DNA from: an uncultured archaeon
Lineage (GTDB): Archaea > Iainarchaeota > Iainarchaeia > Iainarchaeales > 0-14-0-20-30-16
DNA: 32,000 bases
Reading direction: 5' to 3'
Assembly: GCA_964480435.1 (NCBI GenBank)
Contig: CAYZSS010000007.1
Location: 485 to 32,484 of the forward strand
Part shown: one piece after another, positions 1 to 11,786 of the stretch
Numbering within the stretch: the stretch's first letter is position 1
How the letters are laid out: the number at the start of each line of letters is the position of its first letter
Notes under the pieces: generated by a model
What the model saw: only the letters and a program-made list of their open reading frames with translations
What the model was told of the DNA's origin: nothing
Databases searched by the model: none
Program-made: the position numbers and the translations under genes

Positions 1-1
1 G

Positions 2-3281
<3,280 letters not shown>

Positions 3282-3289
3282 GTGTAAAC

Positions 3290-3985
3290 ATGTTTTCAAA
3301 TAAAATAATAATTGTAACTGGTGGTTCACAAGGAATTGGAAAAACAATTGCGCAAGAATTTTTGAAACAAAATGCAAAAGTGATTGTATTTGATATTAAA
3401 AAACCAGATTATAGTGTGGATTATTTTAAAGTAGATGTATCAAAAGAAAATGAAATTATTTCTGCAATGAAAAACATAAAAAACTTAGATATTTTAGTAA
3501 ATAATGCTGGAATTTATTTTCAAAAAAGTGTTGAAAATACTACTTTGGAAGAATTAGACAAAATTATTGGAATTAATTTTAAAGGTCCTTATTTTATGTG
3601 CAAACATTGCTTGACTTTGCTAAAAAAAAGTAAAGGAAATATAATTAATATTTCTTCTGGATTAGGAGTTAAGGCTGAACCAGAATCTTCTGCTTATTGT
3701 TCAACAAAAGCTGCTTTGATAATGCTTACAAAATGTCTGGCAAAAGAATATGCTTTAAAGGGAATAAGGGTTAATGCAGTTTTACCTGGACCAATAGATA
3801 CACCTCTTTTGCGTGCTGCTTTTGGTTCTGAAAAAGAAATTGCAGAATATGCAAAAACTAATCCTATGGGTAAAATTGGTCTGCCTATTGATATTGCTAA
3901 TTTGGTTTTATTCTTGGCATCAGAAAAAGCTAACTATATTACTGGTGGTACCTATAATGTAGATGGTGGAGAATATATTAGTTAG
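3290..3985 (+). CDS. short-chain dehydrogenase/reductase (SDR, FabG-like)
   Basis: TGGSQGIGKTIA cofactor motif, NNAG, catalytic YCSTKAA (YxxxK), PGPIDTP. Starts 9 nt after gyrB. Confidence 0.9.
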   Translation: MFSNKIIIVTGGSQGIGKTIAQEFLKQNAKVIVFDIKKPDYSVDYFKVDVSKENEIISAMKNIKNLDILVNNAGIYFQKSVENTTLEELDKIIGINFKGPYFMCKHCLTLLKKSKGNIINISSGLGVKAEPESSAYCSTKAALIMLTKCLAKEYALKGIRVNAVLPGPIDTPLLRAAFGSEKEIAEYAKTNPMGKIGLPIDIANLVLFLASEKANYITGGTYNVDGGEYIS

Positions 3986-3994
3986 GGTGTTATT

Positions 3995-4786
3995 ATGGAC
4001 GAAAAAGAAAGATGGGAAAACTATAGAAAGGCAAATAGCTCTTACCCTCAAGTTCGTGCTATTGAATTGAATAAAATAATTAAATTTGTAGATGCAAAAC
4101 AAGGGGAAACAATACTAGAATGTGGCACTGGTAATGGTTATTTAACTATTCCGTTAGCTAAATCAGTAGGAAAAAATGGAACGTTAATAAGTTATGATGT
4201 AACTAAAGAAAATTTAGAATATGTGGAATATTTGAATAAAGATTTAAAACTAAATATTATTACTAAAGAGCAGCCAAGAAACTATATATTTTCTGAAAAA
4301 GATAATAGCATAAATAAAATTGTGTCTATTGCTACTATGCATCATTATGATAACAGAGATAAAAAAACCGGGCACAGTGGGAAATTACAAGCTATGCAAG
4401 AATTTTCAAGAGTTCTAAAATCAGGCGGCAAAGTAATAATTGGAGATGTTGCAAATAATACTGATTCGCAAAGATATTTTGACGCAATTAATAACCCTCA
4501 ATATTGTTATCCAACAGGACATCCACATGATTTCTTTGACCTTAATTTGGCAAAAAAACTGTGCAAATTATCTGGTTTGAAATTTATTTCATTTAAAATT
4601 TATTCTACCCCCTGGGTTTTCAAAGACGACAAAGAAGCGATGGATTTTCTGCATACAATTCATAATGCAAAATGTTCTGCAGAGGAATCATTTGAAATTG
4701 CAAAAAAATATCTGAAATATACTAAACTAAATAACAAGGTAAAACTTGGCTGGAAATTAGGCTACTTTATTGCAGAGAAAAGGTGA
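3995..4786 (+). CDS. class I SAM-dependent methyltransferase (type 11/UbiE-like)
   Basis: Motif I ILECGTGNGYLT, post-I acidic residue, LKSGGKVIIGDV. Starts 10 nt after the SDR gene. Confidence 0.8.
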   Translation: MDEKERWENYRKANSSYPQVRAIELNKIIKFVDAKQGETILECGTGNGYLTIPLAKSVGKNGTLISYDVTKENLEYVEYLNKDLKLNIITKEQPRNYIFSEKDNSINKIVSIATMHHYDNRDKKTGHSGKLQAMQEFSRVLKSGGKVIIGDVANNTDSQRYFDAINNPQYCYPTGHPHDFFDLNLAKKLCKLSGLKFISFKIYSTPWVFKDDKEAMDFLHTIHNAKCSAEESFEIAKKYLKYTKLNNKVKLGWKLGYFIAEKR

Positions 4787-4790
4787 TTTA

Positions 4791-5342
4791 GTGGCAGTAA
4801 AAATAACTTACTTTGCACATGGCACTACTCCTGATAATGAAAAAGGATTGTTTTCTGGACAAAATGAAATTGGGTTAAGTAAACTTGGAGTAGAGCAGAG
4901 CAAAGGTTTAATTAATTTAATTAAAGATAAACATTTTGATTTGGTTTTTACTTCTGATTTGAAAAGGGGAATAGAATCTGCAGAACTAAGTTTTCCAGGA
5001 TATAAAATAAATAAGGATAAAAGACTTAGAGAATGTGATGTCGGGGATTTAACTGGAAAAAAAGAACTTCTTGTAGATAAATTTGTTGAAGATAATGACT
5101 GTAACAAAAAATTTCCTAATGGTGAATCGCTAAAAGAAGTTGAAATTAGAATAAGGGATTTATTATTAGCTCTTTCTAAAAAATACCCTAATAAGCAAAT
5201 TGCTATTATTGCACATAAATATACCCAATTGGCGATTGATGTTATAGTAAAAAAGATCAGTTGGGATGAAGCAATAAAGCAAGATTGGAGGACAAAGGTT
5301 CCTAAGGCTTGGCAACCTGGCTGGGAATATCTAATAAACTAG
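4791..5342 (+). CDS. histidine phosphatase superfamily protein (phosphoglycerate mutase-like), variant active-site motif
   Basis: KITYFAHGTTPDN (RHG-type motif reading AHG), SDLKRGIESAE, LRECDVGDLTG, PNGES, IIAHKYT. GTG at 4791 is preceded by AAGGTGA. Track start 4770 is TTG. Confidence 0.7.
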   Translation: MAVKITYFAHGTTPDNEKGLFSGQNEIGLSKLGVEQSKGLINLIKDKHFDLVFTSDLKRGIESAELSFPGYKINKDKRLRECDVGDLTGKKELLVDKFVEDNDCNKKFPNGESLKEVEIRIRDLLLALSKKYPNKQIAIIAHKYTQLAIDVIVKKISWDEAIKQDWRTKVPKAWQPGWEYLIN

Positions 5343-5434
5343 GCATAATAGCAAAAGAATAAATTCTCAGAACTCTTATATACTAATTATAGTTGATAAT
5401 AACTATTTGATAATATTTGTTGGGTGGTGGTGGA

Positions 5435-5716
5435 ATGGAAAAGGAAATTGTTTGTGTTGTTTTAAACGATAACAAAGTAGAGAAAGTAGGTGTAATTAAC
5501 CCTGAGTCAGGGGATAAGAAACTATCAAGAGAGGTAATATCTGTTTCTGAGGTTATGAATGAAATAAATCAATATAACACTGGTTTTTATTTCTTGAACG
5601 AGGAAGGCAAGAAAGTTTATCTTGAAATCTTTGCAGGTAGACTTTTAAGAACTGTTCCTGATGGAAGATACGATGCAGAATTCAAAGATATGAGAAGTTG
5701 TAGACTTAGGAATTGA
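5435..5716 (+). CDS. small DUF3892-like protein
   Basis: ATG at 5435 after GGTGGTGGTGGA. The pattern ISVSEVMNEI...GFYFLNEEGKKVYLEI...LRTVPDG resembles DUF3892 as I recall it. Family call is tentative. Confidence 0.45.
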   Translation: MEKEIVCVVLNDNKVEKVGVINPESGDKKLSREVISVSEVMNEINQYNTGFYFLNEEGKKVYLEIFAGRLLRTVPDGRYDAEFKDMRSCRLRN

Positions 5717-5750
5717 TTTCAATTCTTTCTTTTTCTATTTTTTATTTCCT
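5710..5750 (+). terminator. hairpin plus T-rich tract overlapping the stop codon of the DUF3892-like gene
   Basis: GAATTG-ATTT-CAATTC (5710-5725) followed by TTTCTTTTTCTATTTTTTATTT. Confidence 0.4.
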
Positions 5751-5798
5751 TAGTTAATTACAATATCAAATTAAACCTTCTCCTTCTTATTTTATTTT

Positions 5799-6065
5799 AT
5801 GTTCTACGAAATAATTATTTTTCTAGTAAGTATATTTGGGATTCTTATGAGCTTGGCTCATTTCCCTCAGGCCTATAAGATCTGGAAGAACAAGAGTGCA
5901 AAGGATGTAAGCCTAATTTCTTATACAATCTTTATGGTTGGAACCTATGTGTGGTTTATTTATGGGCTTTATCTTAATCAATGGCCTGTAATAATAAGTT
6001 ATGGGGTAGGAGTAATAGGAACTACTTGTGTATTTGTGCTGATATTGGTGTATCGGGGCAAATAG
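5799..6065 (+). CDS. SemiSWEET / PQ-loop (MtN3-type) 3-TM transporter
   Basis: 88 aa, three hydrophobic helices, PQ motif in TM1 (LAHFPQAYKIWKNKSAKDVSL), WFIYG in TM2. Confidence 0.75.
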   Translation: MFYEIIIFLVSIFGILMSLAHFPQAYKIWKNKSAKDVSLISYTIFMVGTYVWFIYGLYLNQWPVIISYGVGVIGTTCVFVLILVYRGK

Positions 6066-6117
6066 ACCTCCTTACCTGTAACAACAGATATTTAAATCTC
6101 TTGAATCTATATTTTAT

Positions 6118-7296
6118 GTGATCTGTTTGGATAGCAATCTTTCTGAATACGAACAATATCAAATCCTGGAACACTGGAAACCAGTAAATGAAATGAAGCT
6201 AATTAATGCTCTGGTTAAGAATAATACTAAAGAAGGAGAACTATTCTTATTTTTGTATACCAAAATAAAAGAAGCATACAAGAAATTCCCTGATCGTAAG
6301 GACAAACAAGACGCTTTTATTCACCCTTTAAATGTGGTCTGGAATCTTAAGAAATCAAAAATAACTGATTATGCTACTTTATGTGCAGGGCTTATGCATG
6401 ACTATATTGAAGAAAGTGTAGATGTATATGAAAAAACATTGGGTAATAATGACGAAGAAAATACTAAAGCATTAGAAATCTATGTACAAAAACTAATAAC
6501 AGAATTAAGAGGAAAAATAATTGAATTTTCAAAATCCAATAATGTTGATTTGAATCTTGCTGATGAAATTATAGAAATAATTAAACTTCTAACTCGTAAA
6601 AAAAGAGATTTTTATTATAAGTCCATTTCAGGCATTTTTAGCTGCAAAAATGAATTACTAAAAGAAAAAGCAATACAAGTAAAATTGGCAGACCGTATAC
6701 ATAACATACAGTGTTTAAATTCTTTTGAATCTTCTGATAAAGTTTATCAATGTTTTAAGAATATTTTTATTTTGAATAATACAAAAAAATACTTAATGTC
6801 TAAATCTGGTTATACTCCGGATTTAAATAATTCTACAATAAAATTATTTAAAAAATGTTGTAAATCTACTTATGATGCTTGTTTACAGGTGTGTAATTTG
6901 TCTTTAGATAATGGAATAAAACCAATAGAGTCTATGCTGCAATTGGCATTTTATAAATTTGTTTTTGAACAGCATGGATTAGGGCTAGTAACCTCTTTGG
7001 TTAAGGGAGAAGTGCACCCTATGAGATTGTATCGTGAAGTGATTAAAAAATATGATAGTAAATTGCATCAGGAAAAAGAACAATACAAAGAGATTTGTAA
7101 TAAAGAAATGGGATATTGTAAAAAGTTTTTTTCTGATTTTAATTTTAATGATTCTCAATTAAATGCAATAATAAATTATAAAGATTCTTTTGCATTAAAA
7201 GAAGTTATAACTTGTTTATTGTATGATAAACAGTATTCTGTTTTGGGATTTGGTTGTTCAGAATTATGTCATAGAAAGATGATGTGTAAGAATTAA
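6118..7296 (+). CDS. HD-domain protein of the RelA/SpoT (RSH) hydrolase type with Cys-rich C-terminal extension
   Basis: Ordered motifs FIHPLNVV, GLMHDYIEES, VKLADRIHNIQCL. No synthetase domain. GTG start at 6118 is uncertain (first ATG at 6193). Confidence 0.65.
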   Translation: MICLDSNLSEYEQYQILEHWKPVNEMKLINALVKNNTKEGELFLFLYTKIKEAYKKFPDRKDKQDAFIHPLNVVWNLKKSKITDYATLCAGLMHDYIEESVDVYEKTLGNNDEENTKALEIYVQKLITELRGKIIEFSKSNNVDLNLADEIIEIIKLLTRKKRDFYYKSISGIFSCKNELLKEKAIQVKLADRIHNIQCLNSFESSDKVYQCFKNIFILNNTKKYLMSKSGYTPDLNNSTIKLFKKCCKSTYDACLQVCNLSLDNGIKPIESMLQLAFYKFVFEQHGLGLVTSLVKGEVHPMRLYREVIKKYDSKLHQEKEQYKEICNKEMGYCKKFFSDFNFNDSQLNAIINYKDSFALKEVITCLLYDKQYSVLGFGCSELCHRKMMCKN

Positions 7297-8630
7297 ATAC
7301 TTTCTATCTTTTCATTAAGTAGTTTCATAAACACACTTGGGTAATGTTTTTTCTTGTTCTTTTTTAACTCTTTAAAGGCTTCTTTGTCTGCAGAGAGAAT
7401 TAAACTATTGGCTTTTTTATCTTTACAATACAGGACAGAAGGTAAGGAAAGAATCCCATACTTTGTTTCCAAATCACAATGCAGTATTAAAGAGTCTTTG
7501 TACATTTTGTAATAGTTGGTTTCTTTGTGTGGAAAAATAAGGGGATTTAATTCATAGCTTCCTTTGAAAGAATTATAAAAAGAAATATTTTCTTTTAGTT
7601 CTTTAATTGTGGTAAGAGGAGTTCCTAAAATTAAATAAATAAACGGAGTTATTTTGTTTTCTTTTAATTCTTTTAGTTTTAAAATTATTTCTTTTTCATT
7701 CATTTTTGCCATCTTTCCCCCTTTATTCAAATCTTTGTCTCTTATCTTTTGAGAAATGGATTCTACTCCGATAAAGAAATACTTTATGTTTGCTTTCTTT
7801 GAAGCTTTAATAATGTCTTTGTCGATAAGATCAATTCTTGCTTGTATTGAAAAACTAATGTTATTTAATTTGTTGATAAAAATTTTCCCAAATAATTCTA
7901 AGAAATATTTTTTGTTTACGTTTAAATCAGGATCTACAAAGAATACTTTTTTAATCTTTTGTTTTTGTAGCTCTTTTAAATCAGCAATAACCAAATCTGT
8001 GGGTTTATATCGCATTTCGTGATTATACATGTGGGGGACACTACAAAAATTACAATTAAATGGACAACCTAGGGTAGCGAAAAGCTGCCTTCTTGTGGCA
8101 TGATATTTTTTATATGTTTCATTATACTTAGAATATTTTATAATGCTAGGAAGTTTGGCTAATTCTTTATTGCTTATAATAAACGGCTTAGAAATATTGG
8201 TTTTTGTGCATAACCCAGGAACAATTTTATTTTTTTGTATAAGTTTAAGGAAAGGTATTTCTCCATTTCCTCTAATTACATAATCTGCATCAGAATGCTT
8301 TAAAATGTCTTGCGGGAAAAGCCAGGCATATATCCCACCCGCAACTACTTTTGAGTTTGGAGAATACTTTTTTACTAATTCTATATGTTTTAAATCATTT
8401 TTTAAAGTGTAACCAGTAGTTCCCACTCCTATAAAGTCATATTTTTTCTTTAGTGCCTTTTTCAGAGGGGCTTGGCTGTTTTTGTATGTGTTTGATGGAA
8501 AGTAATCTGCTTCTATGCCATTAGATTCTAGATAAGAGGCTATACTTAATAATCCTGGAGCAGGATAAGTATAATTTTTATCTAAGTTGTCTCTTTTATT
8601 TTTGTATGGTTCAATAAGTAAAACTTTCAT
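7293..8630 (-). CDS. B12-binding-domain radical SAM enzyme (class B-like)
   Basis: N-terminal Rossmann-like B12-binding region (MKVLLIEPY...GVGTTGYT), radical SAM cluster motif GCPFNCNFCSV (CxxxCxxC), 445 aa. Confidence 0.8.
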   Translation of the reverse strand: MKVLLIEPYKNKRDNLDKNYTYPAPGLLSIASYLESNGIEADYFPSNTYKNSQAPLKKALKKKYDFIGVGTTGYTLKNDLKHIELVKKYSPNSKVVAGGIYAWLFPQDILKHSDADYVIRGNGEIPFLKLIQKNKIVPGLCTKTNISKPFIISNKELAKLPSIIKYSKYNETYKKYHATRRQLFATLGCPFNCNFCSVPHMYNHEMRYKPTDLVIADLKELQKQKIKKVFFVDPDLNVNKKYFLELFGKIFINKLNNISFSIQARIDLIDKDIIKASKKANIKYFFIGVESISQKIRDKDLNKGGKMAKMNEKEIILKLKELKENKITPFIYLILGTPLTTIKELKENISFYNSFKGSYELNPLIFPHKETNYYKMYKDSLILHCDLETKYGILSLPSVLYCKDKKANSLILSADKEAFKELKKNKKKHYPSVFMKLLNEKIESI

Positions 8631-8741
8631 AATAATTCACCTTTATTTTTATTATATTTTTTATATAATCTTTTCGTAATTTCTTGCTTAGGAAAAGCTT
8701 TTAAAAGAAAGCCTTATATACTGGGTTTTTCTTCTTTATTT

Positions 8742-9344
8742 ATGGATAAAGTAAATATAAAAAATACTGCCTTCCTGGTAATCGATGTTACTAACTTTTG
8801 TTGTTCTGAAGACAATGAAATCCCTAAATATAAAGTCTATTTTTCCAAAATAAGGAAAATGGTCCCAAAGTTAAAGAAAGTAATAGAAAAATATCCTGGA
8901 GAGGTAGTTTACATAAAAACAAAACCTTGGAAAAAAGAAAACCTTTCTGATAATTTAAACGAACTTTATAAAAATCCTCTAATAAGTTATTATTCAAAAG
9001 ACAAAACCGGAAAAGCAGAAGAATTCTATTTATTAAAGCCAAATAAAAAAGATAAGGTCTTTGAGAAGAACACTTATGATGCTTTTTCTAACCCTGAATT
9101 TGATAAATACCTAAGGAGTAAGAAAATACAGACATTAATTATTACTGGTGTCTTTGGAGCTGGCTGTGTTAATGCAACTATCAGTTCTGCGTTCTCAAAA
9201 GGCTATAGATTAATAATCTTAAAGGACCTAATAGAAACAACAGATGTAAAATTAAGACAAGATTTACAGAAACTGTTAAAAACCTACACCTGGCCAGTGA
9301 TGTATGGAGAAACATTAATTTCAAAAAAAATGAAATTCCGTTAG
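8742..9344 (+). CDS. isochorismatase-family cysteine hydrolase
   Basis: AFLVIDVTNFC (Asp), LIITGVFGAGCVNATISSA (nucleophile Cys), typical ~200 aa length. Confidence 0.75.
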   Translation: MDKVNIKNTAFLVIDVTNFCCSEDNEIPKYKVYFSKIRKMVPKLKKVIEKYPGEVVYIKTKPWKKENLSDNLNELYKNPLISYYSKDKTGKAEEFYLLKPNKKDKVFEKNTYDAFSNPEFDKYLRSKKIQTLIITGVFGAGCVNATISSAFSKGYRLIILKDLIETTDVKLRQDLQKLLKTYTWPVMYGETLISKKMKFR

Positions 9345-9421
9345 CCCCTGAAACAATTTGTTTTTCTAACAAATTGATTTATTGGTAAAACAATAAATTC
9401 TAAAGAACTGCTTCAAAAGAA

Positions 9422-10033
9422 GTGATAATAATCATAAAGTTTGTGTGTAAGAAGTGTGGTGGATGTAGTACTGATTTTGGCCCTATGAATAATCTGCCTA
9501 TTTTTACAAGCGAGATTTATATACTAAAAAAGGAAGCTAAGAAAAGGAAACTAGATTTAGGAATAATTCCATTGGATGTTTTCTATGATAAGAACGTAGA
9601 TTTGTACTTTTCAAGCTCTTTTGCAATGTCGCAAAACCCTTGTAAATTTTTAGTAAATAACTTGTGTACAATTTATGAAATAAGACCCTGGACTTGCAGA
9701 ATGTATCCTGTTGTTTTTGACCCTTTTATTAAAGACTTTAAACTTGATAGAAAGTGTAAATATACAAAAGAAGTAGCAAACCAGGAAATAAGTAAAAAGA
9801 CAATTAAAGAAATATTTGGAGAAACTACTTACATTGCACTATTGGAAGTGGAAAAACACCACAGATTACTATACAAATACCTTGAAAAAGTGTTTAAGAC
9901 AAGAGAAATACAGGAAATAAAGTATTATAATAAAAAAATGAAAGTTCTGCCTTTTTTTGAATATTTAACAACGCTAAAGATAATAGAAAAAGAAGATAAG
10001 GAAATTATTGACTCTTATTGTAAGAAGAACTAA
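9422..10033 (+). CDS. YkgJ-family (UPF0153) Zn/Fe-S Cys-cluster protein
   Basis: CKKCGGC near the N-terminus, then NPCKFLVNNLCTIYEIRPWTCRMYP. GTG start. Confidence 0.7.
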   Translation: MIIIIKFVCKKCGGCSTDFGPMNNLPIFTSEIYILKKEAKKRKLDLGIIPLDVFYDKNVDLYFSSSFAMSQNPCKFLVNNLCTIYEIRPWTCRMYPVVFDPFIKDFKLDRKCKYTKEVANQEISKKTIKEIFGETTYIALLEVEKHHRLLYKYLEKVFKTREIQEIKYYNKKMKVLPFFEYLTTLKIIEKEDKEIIDSYCKKN

Positions 10034-10098
10034 AAACAAACTATTTAATACTCTTTATTACCTATTTATAGTGAATTTATGATTTTGATGGTGATATT

Positions 10099-10575
10099 AT
10101 GAATAAAGATATATGTTGTCCGAAATTTAATCCTAAACCGTTTAATGGAAGGGAAGTTACTCTGGAGAATAAACTTTTTGTTAAAAATAACGTTTGTTGT
10201 TTTTTCCATATTCCTTTGAATTTTGGATCTGTAATAACAAAAATGATGGCTAAAGTAAAAGAAAACAAAGCAGAAATGGATGATTATAAAGAATGGTTGT
10301 TGCTTTCCTTAGAAGTGTCAAAATGGAAAAGTGAGCAATACTTGGCAGTAAAGAAACCTGTTCAAGGAATGGATAATGTAGAAATATCTGGCACCTTTTT
10401 AACAAGGGTTTTTGATGGTCCTTATAGAGACGCGGGAAAATGGTATAAGGAAATGCAGGAATATGTAAAAGTAAAAGGAAAAGAAGCAAAGAAGATTTAC
10501 TTCTACTATACAACTTGTCCTAAATGTGCAAAGAAGTATGGGCATAACTATGTTGTATTATTTGCAGAAATTTAA
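10099..10575 (+). CDS. conserved-looking Cys-rich protein of unknown function
   Basis: CCPKFNPKPFNG at the N-terminus and YYTTCPKCAKKYGHNYVV at the C-terminus. I do not recognise a named family. Confidence 0.5.
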   Translation: MNKDICCPKFNPKPFNGREVTLENKLFVKNNVCCFFHIPLNFGSVITKMMAKVKENKAEMDDYKEWLLLSLEVSKWKSEQYLAVKKPVQGMDNVEISGTFLTRVFDGPYRDAGKWYKEMQEYVKVKGKEAKKIYFYYTTCPKCAKKYGHNYVVLFAEI

Positions 10576-10587
10576 TTGGTGATATTT

Positions 10588-10704
10588 GTGACTGTAATGC
10601 TTAGTAAAAAGACGATTATTGCTATTGAAAAAGCAAGAGCAAGAATCAAAGCAGGAAATTATTTTGCTGTTGAAGAAATGCGTAAAAGATTGGATTTGAA
10701 TTAA
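10588..10704 (+). CDS. small unannotated ORF (38 aa from GTG; 35 aa from ATG 10597)
   Basis: VTVMLSKKTIIAIEKARARIKAGNYFAVEEMRKRLDLN. GGTGA lies 6 nt upstream of the GTG. Fills an otherwise empty 136-nt gap. Not in the ORF track. Confidence 0.3.
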   Translation: MTVMLSKKTIIAIEKARARIKAGNYFAVEEMRKRLDLN

Positions 10705-10726
10705 AAATATTATGTGGGTGACTTTT

Positions 10727-11140
10727 ATGAAAATATATTTTGCAGGCTCTGTTTGTGGTGGACGGGCTGATCAAGAATTGTATTTGGATATAATAAAAGA
10801 GTTGCAAAAATATGGTACTGTATTAACTGAACATATTGGGAGAAAAGAGTTATCTTCTTATGGTGAAACTAGATATACTGAAGATTTTATATTAACAAGG
10901 GATGTTGATTGGATAAAAGAATCAGATGTTATTGTTGCTGAGGTAACACAGCCATCTTTGGGTGTAGGATATGAACTTGGAGTTGCGGAATCTTTGGGAA
11001 AGAAAGTTTATTGTTTATATAGATCACAAGAAGGAAAAAGGTTGTCGGCAATGATAAGAGGGAATAACAAGTTTATAGTAAAAGATTATTCTTCTTTAGA
11101 TGATGCAATAAAAATAATTGTAGAGCTTTTTAAAAAGTGA
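10727..11140 (+). CDS. 2'-deoxynucleoside 5'-phosphate N-hydrolase (DNPH1/Rcl family, nucleoside 2-deoxyribosyltransferase fold)
   Basis: MKIYFAGSVCGGRADQELY...GTVLTEHIG...DVIVAEVTQPSLGVGYELG...LSAMIRG matches mammalian DNPH1 as I recall it. Start moved to the ATG at 10727. Confidence 0.85.
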   Translation: MKIYFAGSVCGGRADQELYLDIIKELQKYGTVLTEHIGRKELSSYGETRYTEDFILTRDVDWIKESDVIVAEVTQPSLGVGYELGVAESLGKKVYCLYRSQEGKRLSAMIRGNNKFIVKDYSSLDDAIKIIVELFKK

Positions 11141-11145
11141 TTATT

Positions 11146-11727
11146 ATGAAGAAAGTAATTATTGTTCATGGTTGGGATGGAAGTCCCAAAGAAGGGATGC
11201 ATTCCTGGATGAAAAAAGAACTTGAAAAAAAAGGGTTTGAAGTAATGGCTCCAAAAATGCCAAGTCCTGCAAAACCACAAATAGAAACATGGATTCCGTT
11301 TTTGCAGAAAACAATTAAAGGGCTAGATAAAGATACTTATTTTATTGGTCATTCTATAGGGTGCCAAGGTGTTCTGAGATATTTGGAAACACAGGATAAA
11401 GAAATTGGTGGGATTGTACTAATTGCCCCCTGGATGCATTTGGATTTAAACACAATTGCTGAAGAAGGAGAAGAATCAGTTAAAATTGCAAAACCGTGGA
11501 TGGAGATTCCTATAAACTGGGTAAAGATAAACAAATTAACAAAGAAATGTGTTTGCATATTCTCAAATAATGACCCCTATGTTCCTTTAGAAGAAAAAGA
11601 AATATTTATGGCTAAGTTAAATGCAAAAATCATTGTAGAAAAAAATAAAGGCCATTTCACAGAAGATGATGGCGTAAGAGAGAATAAAACCGCAGTGGAA
11701 GCACTTCTTGCTTTTGTGAAGAAATAG
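11146..11727 (+). CDS. RBBP9/YdeN-family serine hydrolase (alpha/beta fold)
   Basis: VIIVHGWDGSP, WMKKELEKKGF, nucleophile elbow IGHSIGC, NDPYVP, GHF. ATG at 11146; the track GTG at 11137 overlaps the upstream stop. Confidence 0.8.
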   Translation: MKKVIIVHGWDGSPKEGMHSWMKKELEKKGFEVMAPKMPSPAKPQIETWIPFLQKTIKGLDKDTYFIGHSIGCQGVLRYLETQDKEIGGIVLIAPWMHLDLNTIAEEGEESVKIAKPWMEIPINWVKINKLTKKCVCIFSNNDPYVPLEEKEIFMAKLNAKIIVEKNKGHFTEDDGVRENKTAVEALLAFVKK

Positions 11728-11786
11728 ATTATTTACTTTGAGATAATCAGATCATATTAAATATCTTGCGGTACTTTTAAATATTT

